Assembly: GCA_020148055.1 (NCBI GenBank) | Contig: JAHCRF010000001.1 | Coordinates: forward strand, 71,257-135,256 | Direction: 5' to 3' | Origin: Patescibacteria group bacterium | Lineage (GTDB): Bacteria; Patescibacteriota; Minisyncoccia; Minisyncoccales; JAHCRE01 | DNA: 64,000 bases | Made by a program: the position numbers and the translations under genes | The notes under the pieces: generated by a model | What the model saw: the letters and a program-made list of their open reading frames with translations, nothing else | The model's database searches: none | Told to the model about the DNA's origin: nothing | Part shown: one piece after another, positions 48,865-60,010 of the stretch | Layout of the letters: every line of letters starts with the position of its first letter | Numbering within the stretch: the first letter of the stretch is position 1

Positions 48865-51799
48865 ATGAAAGAAAAAGTTATTAAAATCCGTGGAGCCAAA
48901 GTTCACAATTTAAAAAATATTAATCTTGATATCCCAAAAAACAAACTGGTAGTGATTACTGGGATTTCAGGTTCAGGAAAATCATCTTTGGCCTTTGATA
49001 CATTATATGCTGAAGGACAAAGAAGATATGTTGAGAGTTTATCTGCTTATGCAAGGCAATTTTTAGGAGTGATGGATAAACCAGAGGTTGACAAAATTGA
49101 AGGAATTTCACCTGCAATTTCAATTGACCAAAGAAAAGCAGCTCACAATCCACGCTCCACTGTTGGAACCATTACTGAAATTGCAGATTACTTAAGATTA
49201 TTATTCGCTAGGATAGGGAAGCCCCATTGTCCAAAATGTAAAAAAACAGTTAGCCGTCAGACCATCGATCAAATTACTGATCAGGTTTTGAAATTGCCAA
49301 AAAGAACAGAAATTTCGATTTTGGGTCCAGTTGTTAGAGGTCGAAAAGGAGAGCATCGGGGAATTTTAGAAGAGATTCAAAGATCAGGATTTATCCGAGT
49401 GAGAATTGATGGGATTTTACACCGAATTGAAGACTACAACCCACCCACCATGTCCTCCCACTCGCTTCGCGAGCGGGCCCCTACTCTAGGGCTGAAGTTA
49501 GACCGAAAGAAAAAACACAATATTGAGGTTGTTGTTGATAGATTAATAATTGATAAAGACTTGGATAGATCAAGGTTGGTTGATTCTCTGGAAACAGGCC
49601 TAAAGTTGGGAAAAGGAATAGTAATAGTAACTCAAAAAGCTTCCCCAGCCCCACCCGCCACCCATCAAAGGAAAAAAACATCTAAGGCAAAAATCTAATG
49701 ACTTAATATTCAGCGAGTATTTTGCCTGCGAGGAATGTGGGATTTCTCTTCCAGAATTAGAGCCTCGGCTTTTTTCATTTAATTCTCCTTATGGGGCCTG
49801 TTCAGCCTGCCAGGGGCTTGGAGAAAAATTAGAAATCGATCCAAAATCAGTTTTACCCAATCCAAATTTATCGATTTCTGAAGGAGCAATTTTTCCCTGG
49901 GCTCATGCCTCTCATAAAGTTGGCAGGCAGGGTTATTTTTGGTGGCAGTTCACCCACTTGGCAGAAAAGTATAACTTCTCCTTAGATGTCCCGGTTAAAG
50001 AACTTCCCAAAAAGATCATTGATTTAATTTTATATGGTAATGGCCAATTTGAGGGAGTAGTTCCCAATTTGGAAAGGAGATATCACGAAACTGATTCAGA
50101 ATATACCCGTAAGGAAATTGAGCAGTATATGATAAAAAAGAGATGTGAAAAATGTCAGGGAAAAAGATTAAGGCCTGAAGCCTTGGCAGTGACTGTGATA
50201 AAAAAATCAATAAATGAAATCGTTGAAATTTCAATAGAAAAAGAAAAAAGATTTTTCGAGAATTTACTACTAAATCCTAAATCCTATAACCTAAATCCTA
50301 ATGACTACAAAATTGCCCAACCAATTGTTAAGGAAATCATTAAGCGATTACAATTTCTAATTGATGTTGGTTTAGATTATTTAACCTTAGATCGGAAGAC
50401 AGAAACTTTATCGGCTGGGGAAGAGCAGAGAATAAGATTGGCTACTCAGTTAGGTTCTCAATTAACCGGAGTTTTATACATTTTGGATGAACCTTCAATT
50501 GGTCTTCATGCTAGAGATCAGGGTAGGCTCATCGAAACCTTAAATAAGTTAAGGGATTTGGGCAATACCGTTATTGTTGTTGAACATGATCCTCAGACAA
50601 TCATGGCTGCTGACTGGGTGATCGATATAGGGCCAGGAGCGGGGAAACACGGTGGCAAAATTATATTTAAGGGAACACCAAAAGAATTACTGAGATCAAA
50701 GACACTTACTGGAGATTATTTAGCTGGAAGAAAGAAAGTTGAGATAAAAGCAACCAGCAACAAGCAACCTGCCTCGCCGACAGGCGGGCAAGCAACCAAG
50801 AATAATTATCTAATAATAAAGAAAGCGGCTGAGCACAATCTCAAAAATATTGATGTTAAAATTCCTTTGGGAAAATTTGTCTGCATTACTGGAGTTTCGG
50901 GTTCGGGCAAAAGTTCTCTAATGAATGATATTTTAGCTAAAGCCCTGATGAGGAAATTTTACAAAGCCAAAGAGGAACCGGGAGAATTTAAAGAATTAAT
51001 TGGAACAGAATTTTTGGATAAAGTGGTTTTAGTGGATCAGTCTCCAATTGGCCGAACCCCCAGATCAAATCCGGCAACTTATACCGGAGTTTTTTCTTAT
51101 ATCAGAGATCTTTTTTCAAAAACCAGAGAGGCCAGAATTAGGGGGTATCGGCCAGGACGTTTCAGTTTTAATGTTAAGGGAGGAAGATGTGAAGTATGTC
51201 AAGGTCAGGGTCAAATCAAAATCGAGATGTACTTTTTGCCTGATATTTATATTGAGTGCCAGGAATGTAAGGGGAAAAGGTTCAACAAAGAAACCTTGGC
51301 TATTGAATATAAAGGAAAGAATATTGCTGAGGTTTTAGAAATGACAGTTGAAGAAGCCCTAAAATTTTTCATAAATATTCCCGGTATCTATCATAAATTA
51401 AAAACTTTGTATGATGTTGGTTTAGGCTATATTCAATTGGGCCAGCCAGCCCCTTCTTTGTCTGGAGGGGAGGCCCAGAGAGTGAAATTAGCTACTGAAC
51501 TTTCTAAAAGGGCTACGGGAAAGACTTTATATATTTTAGATGAACCAACCACTGGTTTGCATCCCGATGATATTAAAAAATTAGTTTGGGTTTTGAGAAA
51601 TCTGGTAGATAAAGGAAATACGGTTTTATTAACTGAACATAACATCGATATCATCCGCAATTCAGATTGGATAATAGATTTAGGACCGGAAGGTGGAGAT
51701 GAAGGCGGCGATATTATTGCAATAGGTACTCCATTTGAAATTACAAAAAACAAAAAAAGTTATACCGGACACTATTTAAAACAAGTTTTTAAATCTTGA
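48865..51799 (+). CDS. uvrA: Excinuclease subunit UvrA, split by a +1 frameshift near 49631-49698
   Basis: Frame 1 ([12 protein letters not shown]...) stops at TAA 49696-98; frame 2 is open from 49631 and continues [15 protein letters not shown]...[10 protein letters not shown], then [17 protein letters not shown] and LSGGEAQR. Confidence 0.9.
49629..49693 (+). repeat. 65-bp insert, family B copy 2, at the uvrA frameshift
   Basis: Identical to 31037-31101. Confidence 0.92.
50749..50796 (+). repeat. In-frame insert, family C, in uvrA
   Basis: 44/48 identical to the reverse complement of 5393-5440; encodes [16 protein letters not shown]. Confidence 0.88.
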
Positions 51800-51834
51800 C
51801 CCCTACCACCAATTTTATTGGTGTGAGGGTTGAC
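51796..51834. repeat. Short TTGAC-flanked palindrome
   Basis: TTGAC-CCCTAC-CACCAAT-TTT-ATTGGTG-TGAGGG-TTGAC; ends match the 26885-27061 element. Confidence 0.7.
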
Positions 51835-51857
51835 AAATGCTCTATATTTTCTAAAAT
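51830..51857 (+). promoter_or_regulatory. sigma70-type promoter for groESL
   Basis: TTGACA-16 nt-TAAAAT. Confidence 0.6.
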
Positions 51858-51869
51858 CTAAATATAGAA

Positions 51870-51896
51870 TTAGCAATTAAAGATTAAAACTGCTAA
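51870..51896 (+). promoter_or_regulatory. Variant CIRCE operator (HrcA-type)
   Basis: TTAGCAATT-N9-AACTGCTAA; canonical spacing and outer TTAGCA/TGCTAA, just upstream of groES. Confidence 0.75.
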
Positions 51897-51919
51897 AACA
51901 GTTTATAGAAGCAAAACGT

Positions 51920-52210
51920 ATGAAAATAAAACCCTTATCTAATCACATTCTTATTGAGCCAATGAGGCAAGAGGAGAAAACTAAAACCGGAATTTTACTT
52001 CCGGAAACAGCTGAGAAGGAAAAACCAGAGCAAGGAAAAGTAATTGCTGTAGGGCCAGGAAGAAAAACGGATTCAGGTAAAATCATTCCTTTGGAAGTAA
52101 AAAAGGGGGATATTATCCTCTTTACTAAATACGGACCAACAGAAATCAAAATTAATGGTAAAGAATATTTAATTGCTAAGGAAGAAGATATCCTGGCAAT
52201 ACTTGAATAA
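51920..52210 (+). CDS. groES: Co-chaperonin GroES
   Basis: MKIKPL, TKTGILLP, GKVIAVGPG, EEDILA. Confidence 0.97.
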   Translation: MKIKPLSNHILIEPMRQEEKTKTGILLPETAEKEKPEQGKVIAVGPGRKTDSGKIIPLEVKKGDIILFTKYGPTEIKINGKEYLIAKEEDILAILE

Positions 52211-54010
<1,800 letters not shown>

Positions 54011-54031
54011 ACCCGCATATTATGTATCGGT

Positions 54032-54060
54032 TAAAAAGTGTCTAAAAGGGACACTTTTTA
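54032..54060 (+). terminator. Intrinsic terminator after groEL
   Basis: TAAAAAGTGTC...GACACTTTTTA. Confidence 0.7.
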
Positions 54061-54204
54061 TTGCCAGGGGTAAGACTTTAATTTATAATAAAATAGTTAC
54101 CTGCTCGCTCCGCCTTGCCTGCCCGACATGACCAGTCTCTGGCAAATGAACGAAGCAAAGCGGGGCAAGGGGGGAAAGGTCGTAAAATTAAAGGAGTTAA
54201 AATT

Positions 54205-54759
54205 ATGATAAACCTAATTTATATCTTATTAATAATAGCAGCTTTTATCATTTTATGGCTGATTTTCACCTATAATCGTCTAATTACTTTAAAGAATCGA
54301 GCCAAAGAGGCCTGGGCCGATATTGATGTTCAATTAAAAAGAAGATATAATTTAATCCCCAATTTAGTTGAAACAGTTAAAGGTTATGCTGCTCATGAAA
54401 GAGCGGTTTTTGAAAAAGTGACTGAGGCAAGAGCAAGAGCAATGGGAGCTAAGACGGTGAAGGAGCATTCTGAAGCGGAAAATTTTCTTTCTGAAACATT
54501 AAAGACCCTTTTTGCGGTGGCTGAAAATTATCCTCAATTGCGGGCTTCAGAAAATTTTCTGGAATTGCAAAGAGAGCTAAGAGATACCGAAGATAAAATC
54601 CAGGCGGCTAGAAGATTTTATAATGGAAATGCTAGAGATTTAAATATTAAAATTGAAAGTTTCCCGGCCAATATTGTTGCTCAAATTTTTCGTTTTGCGA
54701 AAATGGATTTCTTTGAGATAGAGGGGGCGGCCAGAGAACCGGTATCTGTGAAGTTTTAA
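54205..54759 (+). CDS. lemA: LemA family protein
   Basis: N-terminal TM, IDVQLKRR, AVAENYPQLRA, RRFYN, FPANIVA; AAGGAG SD before ATG 54205. Confidence 0.92.
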   Translation: MINLIYILLIIAAFIILWLIFTYNRLITLKNRAKEAWADIDVQLKRRYNLIPNLVETVKGYAAHERAVFEKVTEARARAMGAKTVKEHSEAENFLSETLKTLFAVAENYPQLRASENFLELQRELRDTEDKIQAARRFYNGNARDLNIKIESFPANIVAQIFRFAKMDFFEIEGAAREPVSVKF

Positions 54760-54827
54760 AAGTTGACTAAGAGTATCAAGAGATTAAGAAATAAACTTAA
54801 TCTCTCAATCAACTTAATATCTTAATA

Positions 54828-55733
54828 ATGACTCTCTATACTCTAGCTGAATCGAATATCCGGAAGACCTGGTTTTATTTAATGTTCTTTTTTTGTTTTA
54901 TTATTTTTCTTGGTTGGATTATTTCTTATTTTCTTCAAAATTGGGGAATTTTCTGGGTTGCTTTAATTCTTGGTATTCTGATGAACTTTGCCAGTTTCTG
55001 GTATTCTGACAAGATTGTTCTGGCAATGGCAAAAGCTAAAAAAATTGAGAAAAGAGATAACCCCGAGCTATATCGAATTGTTGAAAATCTTTGTATCACA
55101 GCTGGCTTGCCGTTACCTAAAATTTACATTATAAATGAGCAGCAACCAAATGCCTTTGCCACTGGCAGGGATCCAAAAAGGGCAGCAATCGCTGTGACTC
55201 AAGGACTAATTGATAAGTTAGATAGAGTGGAATTGGAAGGGGTTCTTGGTCATGAATTAGCCCATATCGGAAATCGAGATATGTTATTGGCAACTGCAAT
55301 TGTGGTTTTAGTTGGGATGGTAGTTTTGATGACTGATTTTTTCTTTCGGATTTCCTTTTGGGGAGGGGGTTCTCGGCGTCGGAGAGAAGGTCGGAGAGAA
55401 GGGGGCTCAATTTTAGGATTAATTGCCTTGATTTTGGCAATTTTTGCTCCTTTATTTGCTACTTTAATAAAACTGGCTATTTCCAGAAAAAGAGAATTTT
55501 TAGCTGATGTTTCAGGAGCCCTTTTAACCAGATATCCTGAAGGATTAGCTAGGGCTTTGGAAAAAATTTCTCGAGACCCGAGACCATTGAGAGCAGCTAA
55601 TGATGCAACTTGCCATTTATATATTGTTAATCCCTTTCGCAGTCAAGAAAGAAAATCCTGGCTTCATAAACTTTTTATGACCCATCCACCAGTTGAGGAA
55701 AGGATTCGGGCTTTGAGAGGAATGAGAATGTAA
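54828..55733 (+). CDS. htpX: HtpX-like M48 zinc metalloprotease
   Basis: PNAFATG, HELAH, SRKREFLAD, THPP. Confidence 0.92.
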   Translation: MTLYTLAESNIRKTWFYLMFFFCFIIFLGWIISYFLQNWGIFWVALILGILMNFASFWYSDKIVLAMAKAKKIEKRDNPELYRIVENLCITAGLPLPKIYIINEQQPNAFATGRDPKRAAIAVTQGLIDKLDRVELEGVLGHELAHIGNRDMLLATAIVVLVGMVVLMTDFFFRISFWGGGSRRRREGRREGGSILGLIALILAIFAPLFATLIKLAISRKREFLADVSGALLTRYPEGLARALEKISRDPRPLRAANDATCHLYIVNPFRSQERKSWLHKLFMTHPPVEERIRALRGMRM

Positions 55734-55760
55734 TTTTAAATTTTTAAATTTTCAATCATC

Positions 55761-56291
55761 ATGCTTTGCCCTATTTGTAAAAAAGAATTGGAAGAGTCCA
55801 TTTTTTATAATGTTGAAGTTGATTATTGCCCAAATTGTCTTGGTCTTTGGTTTGAGGAAAATGAATTAAGATTAGCCAAAGATGAAAAGGATGAAAATCT
55901 AAAATGGTTAGATATTGATTTATGGAAAGATGGGAAAAGATTTAAAATTTATCTTGGAGAGAGACTTTGTCCTTTCTGTAGACTTCCTCTTTATGAAGTT
56001 TATTATGGTGATTCTCGGGTGATTGTTGATTTTTGTAGTTTATGCCGGGGAATTTGGTTGGATAGAGGAGAATTCAAAAGAATAATTAAATATTTAAAAG
56101 AGAAAGCTGATTTTGAAATTTTAAATAATTACGCTAAAAACTTACTTGAAGAGGCGGCCGAAATCTTTATTGGCTCAGAGACTTTACGAGAAGAAATTTT
56201 AGATTTCCTAACCATTTTAAAACTTCTGAATTATAAATTTGCTACTCAATATCCAACAATAACAAGGATGATTTCTAATTTACCCCGTTAG
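55761..56291 (+). CDS. Protein with tandem TFIIB-type zinc ribbons
   Basis: CPIC...CPNCLGLWFE and CPFC...CSLCRGIWLDRGE. Confidence 0.75.
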   Translation: MLCPICKKELEESIFYNVEVDYCPNCLGLWFEENELRLAKDEKDENLKWLDIDLWKDGKRFKIYLGERLCPFCRLPLYEVYYGDSRVIVDFCSLCRGIWLDRGEFKRIIKYLKEKADFEILNNYAKNLLEEAAEIFIGSETLREEILDFLTILKLLNYKFATQYPTITRMISNLPR

Positions 56292-56350
56292 AAATGTAGG
56301 AGAAAATAGACTAAAGGGAATACCCCATTGGAATTTCTAACGGGGTTTAC
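56279..56350. repeat. TTTAC-flanked palindromic element with 14-bp perfect inverted repeats
   Basis: ACCCCGTTAGAAAT (56282-56295) / ATTTCTAACGGGGT (56333-56346); TTTAC at 56279-83 and 56346-50. Confidence 0.8.
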
Positions 56351-56362
56351 CTAAATAAAAAA

Positions 56363-56448
56363 GGAGAGGTGCGCCGAATTGGTAAGGCACTGGTTTGGAG
56401 AACCAGCGGGCCGAAAGGCCCTTGCAGGTTCGAGTCCTGTCCTCTCCG
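56363..56448 (+). tRNA. tRNA-Ser(GGA)
   Basis: GGAGAGG/CCTCTCC acceptor, CTGGT-TT-GGA-GA-ACCAG, long variable arm. Confidence 0.93.
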
Positions 56449-56453
56449 CTTCC

Positions 56454-56945
56454 ATGACAGAAATTCAAAATAAAGAACTTCATCGGATTACCTCAACTGC
56501 CATTGTGCACAAAGACGGTAAATATTTATTATTACAGCGCAGTCCAAATAAAAAGGCCTTTCCGGGGAAATGGACGGTTCCCGGTGGAGGATTAGAGGTT
56601 TCAGATTACATTAACTTGCCAAAGACAACCTCTGACCATTGGTATTTTGCAATTGAAAATTCTTTAAGAAGAGAGATAAAAGAAGAGACTGGTTTGGAAG
56701 TTGGGGAATTGAAATATCTGTGCTCCATGACTTTTATTCGTCCTGATGGAATTCCAACTGTGATTTTAAGTTTCTACTGTGATTGGAAATCAGGTCTAGT
56801 TAAATTAGATGAAGATAATATAAATTATGCTTGGACCGCAGTTGAGGAAGCTAAAAATTATGATTTAGTTGAGGGCTTATTAGAAGAAATCAAAATGGTT
56901 GACCGCCGATACCATCCGCCCTCGGCGGAGATACGAGGCAAGTAA
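56454..56945 (+). CDS. NUDIX hydrolase
   Basis: PGKWTVPGG...RREIKEETGL Nudix box; ATG 56454 follows the tRNA. Confidence 0.85.
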   Translation: MTEIQNKELHRITSTAIVHKDGKYLLLQRSPNKKAFPGKWTVPGGGLEVSDYINLPKTTSDHWYFAIENSLRREIKEETGLEVGELKYLCSMTFIRPDGIPTVILSFYCDWKSGLVKLDEDNINYAWTAVEEAKNYDLVEGLLEEIKMVDRRYHPPSAEIRGK

Positions 56946-56957
56946 AATAATAAAATT

Positions 56958-58478
56958 ATGTCAGACTCAATTACTAAAAAACTCTCACTTTTTAAAAAAC
57001 CCTTAAAAGTTCTTTTTGTTGCTGCTGAAGTTCACCCTTACGCTACCATTGGCGGATTGGGAATGGTCGTTTTTTCACTCTCTCGAGCATTGAAGAAGTT
57101 GGGAGTGGATGTGAGGATTTTTATGCCAAAATATGCCTTAATTGACGAAAAAAAATATCGGTTGGAAATAATTTCTGAAGGATTGAGAGTCCCAACTGAT
57201 GAGACAGCCGAGGAAAAAAAGTTTTTGATTTGTAATGTTAAAAGATATCTTCCTACCGATCCTGATGTCCCGGTCTATTTTTTAGAAAATATGGAATATT
57301 ATGAAAAAAGGTCTAATGTCTATGGTTATTCCGATGATCCAATTCGTTTTACTCTTTTATCTCGAGGCGTCTTAGAATTCTTGCGGCAGTCCGATTGGGT
57401 TCCTGATATTATAAATTGTGCTGATTGGCATACAGGCGCTCTCCCAAATTATTTAAAGACTATCTATAACCAAGATCCGATTTTAACTAAAATTAAGACC
57501 GTTTTTTCAATTCACAATCTTTCTCATCAAGGGGTTTTTGACCATCGTTTTGTCTCAGAATTAGATTTTGATGATGGGAAATCACTAATTGCTCCATTTT
57601 TTTCGGAAAAACTTTCAAAACAAAATTTTATGAGAAGAGGAGTTATTTATTCTGATATTGTTAACACCGTTTCCGAAACCTATTCAAGGGAAATTTTGAC
57701 CAAAGAGTATGGTGAGAGATTAGATGATCTTTTAAAAGAGGTAAGGACAAAAGTTTTTGGAATTTTGAATGGTTTGGACTATCGGGAATTAAATCCAGCC
57801 ACTGATAAATTAATTCCTTTCAATTTTAGTATCTCAAATCTTAAAAGAAGAATTAAGAACAAAATTCATCTTCAGAAAGAATTTAATTTGGAGATTTCAT
57901 TAGATATCCCAATTTTGGGAATGGTGGGCAGGTTGAGCGGACAAAAGGGGATTGATCTCCTTTTTCCAATTTTGGAAACTTTAATTTCTGAGTTTAATAT
58001 TCAATTTGTTGCTGTCGGAGCAGGGGAAGCAAAATATCGAACTTTTTTTGAAGAGATTGCCAAAAAATTCCCTAAAAAAGTTGGTTGCCATTTAATGTTT
58101 GATTTTGTTTTAGCCAGGCGTGTTTTTACAGGTTGTGATTTGTTTTTAATACCATCTAAATTCGAACCCTGCGGGATTACCCAAATGGAGGCAATGAGAT
58201 ATGGAGCAATACCGGTCGTTAGAAAAACCGGGGGATTGGCTGATACGGTTGAAGATTTTGACCCAAAAAAGAATTCGGGGAACGGTTTTGTTTTTGAGGA
58301 TTTCAACGCCTATGCCTTTTTTGGAGCAATAGTCCGGGCTTTAGAAACTTATAAACACAAAAAAATCTGGCAAGAATTAATGAAGAGGGCAATGAAAGCT
58401 GATTTTTCTTGGGAGGTCTCAGCTAAAAAATATTTCGAACTCTATAAGAAAGCTCTTGTTTTTGTTTTTAAGAAATAA
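56958..58478 (+). CDS. glgA: Glycogen/starch synthase (GT5), copy 1
   Basis: TIGGLG, ADWH, IHNL, TVSETY, GILNG, PSKFEPCG, TGGLADTV. Confidence 0.9.
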   Translation: MSDSITKKLSLFKKPLKVLFVAAEVHPYATIGGLGMVVFSLSRALKKLGVDVRIFMPKYALIDEKKYRLEIISEGLRVPTDETAEEKKFLICNVKRYLPTDPDVPVYFLENMEYYEKRSNVYGYSDDPIRFTLLSRGVLEFLRQSDWVPDIINCADWHTGALPNYLKTIYNQDPILTKIKTVFSIHNLSHQGVFDHRFVSELDFDDGKSLIAPFFSEKLSKQNFMRRGVIYSDIVNTVSETYSREILTKEYGERLDDLLKEVRTKVFGILNGLDYRELNPATDKLIPFNFSISNLKRRIKNKIHLQKEFNLEISLDIPILGMVGRLSGQKGIDLLFPILETLISEFNIQFVAVGAGEAKYRTFFEEIAKKFPKKVGCHLMFDFVLARRVFTGCDLFLIPSKFEPCGITQMEAMRYGAIPVVRKTGGLADTVEDFDPKKNSGNGFVFEDFNAYAFFGAIVRALETYKHKKIWQELMKRAMKADFSWEVSAKKYFELYKKALVFVFKK

Positions 58479-58508
58479 ATCCCGCACCTTGCTTGCAAGG
58501 TGCGGGAT
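58479..58508. repeat. Perfect 14-bp-stem intergenic palindrome
   Basis: ATCCCGCACCTTGC-TT-GCAAGGTGCGGGAT with no T-tract. Confidence 0.7.
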
Positions 58509-58516
58509 AAAATCTT

Positions 58517-60010
58517 ATGATTTGGGCAAATTTTTTACATATTTATCAACCGGCTGAACAACAGCCGGATATTTTAGAGGCGATTGTTGTTCAAAGTTAT
58601 CGACCGATTTTAGAAGGATTTAAAAAACACAAAAAAGTAAGGCTTACTTTTAATGTTAATGGAGCCCTCCTGGAGCTGTTTGATAGATACAAATATTACG
58701 ACCTTATTGATATTTTAAGAGAACTGGGTCAAGAAGGAAGGATCGAATTTACTAGTTCGGCAAAATATCATGCCTTTTTACCTTTTTTGGAAGAAAAAGA
58801 GATTATTCGTCAAATTAAGATTAACGATGAAACAAACAAGTTTTTCTTAGGCAAAGCTTATAATCCCCAAGGTTTCTTCCCGCCTGAAATGGCTTATAAA
58901 GAAGAATTAGCAAAGATTATTGCCGATTTAGGATTTAAATGGATAATTTTAGATGAAATTGCTTGTGGGGGCGAGGTTGAAAAAGTGGATTATACAAAGA
59001 TTTATCAAATTAAAAATACCAAACTCAAAGTTTTTTTTAGGGAAAGGAGATTAAGCAACTTGATTATGTCAGCGGTTGTTCGTTCTCGAGAAACTTTGAT
59101 TGAGGCAATGAAAGAGGATTTAAAAACTAACCGTTATTTAATTACGGCTATGGATGGTGAGACTTTTGGCCATCACCGACCGGGATTGGAAAAATTACTT
59201 TTTGATGTCTTTGAAGTTCCAGATTTTGATTTAATCAAGATTTCAGAAATTCCGGATTTCTATAAAAAAGTCAAAATAGTAAAACCTGTTAAATCAACCT
59301 GGGCGAGTAGTAAAGAAGATATTGAAAAAAATATTCAATTTCTCTCCTGGTCTGATCCAGAAAATATTATTCATAAATGGCAATGGAGTTTTCTCAAGAT
59401 GGTTTTAAATGAATTTTATAGAATGGATAAAAATCACTCCCGGTATCAAATGATAAGAAAAAAAATTGACCTCTGTTTATCCAGTGATCAATTTTGGTGG
59501 GCATCAGCTAAACCCTGGTGGAGCTTAGAGATGATTGAAGATGGTGTCTATCGATTATTAGATGCCATTCGAAATATTCCCAATGTTTCAAAAGAGAAAT
59601 TGAGAAAAGCCAGGGATTTCTATGAAAATATTGTTTCAACTGCTTTTGAGTGGCAAAGGACTGGAAAAATTAGGAAAATGATGAAAGAGCAGGAATCCGT
59701 CTTAAGAATTCCCTTCAAAGATCGAACTATTGGAAAAGGGGGAGCTGAAAGAGGAGTTTATTATGCTTTCTTGCATATGATGAAAAATTCAGAAAAAAAA
59801 GCCGCCAAAAAGAGAGAATATGAAAAGGCAATTCTTTGGCGGGATGCAATTTATAAGCTGGAAAACAAACTGGATATTTACGATGCTCTAAACGCAATCG
59901 ATCTTTTACGAACAAAAATCCCTCATGACCAAATTGAAAAAACTATTAAGAAATATAAAGCAAAGTATCGGGAAATCCGAGGAGGTCAACCCGAACAAAG
60001 AGGGTCTTGA
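58517..60010 (+). CDS. Glycoside hydrolase family 57 protein
   Basis: HIYQP, YHAFLP, FFPPEMAY, AMDGETFGHH, SSDQFWW. Confidence 0.82.
   Translation: MIWANFLHIYQPAEQQPDILEAIVVQSYRPILEGFKKHKKVRLTFNVNGALLELFDRYKYYDLIDILRELGQEGRIEFTSSAKYHAFLPFLEEKEIIRQIKINDETNKFFLGKAYNPQGFFPPEMAYKEELAKIIADLGFKWIILDEIACGGEVEKVDYTKIYQIKNTKLKVFFRERRLSNLIMSAVVRSRETLIEAMKEDLKTNRYLITAMDGETFGHHRPGLEKLLFDVFEVPDFDLIKISEIPDFYKKVKIVKPVKSTWASSKEDIEKNIQFLSWSDPENIIHKWQWSFLKMVLNEFYRMDKNHSRYQMIRKKIDLCLSSDQFWWASAKPWWSLEMIEDGVYRLLDAIRNIPNVSKEKLRKARDFYENIVSTAFEWQRTGKIRKMMKEQESVLRIPFKDRTIGKGGAERGVYYAFLHMMKNSEKKAAKKREYEKAILWRDAIYKLENKLDIYDALNAIDLLRTKIPHDQIEKTIKKYKAKYREIRGGQPEQRGS

Noticed and set aside
48865..51799. Two separate genuine genes for the uvrA halves
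   Set aside because: UvrA homology continues through 49697-49957 in the +1 frame (zinc finger and FSFN motif), so this is one frameshifted gene
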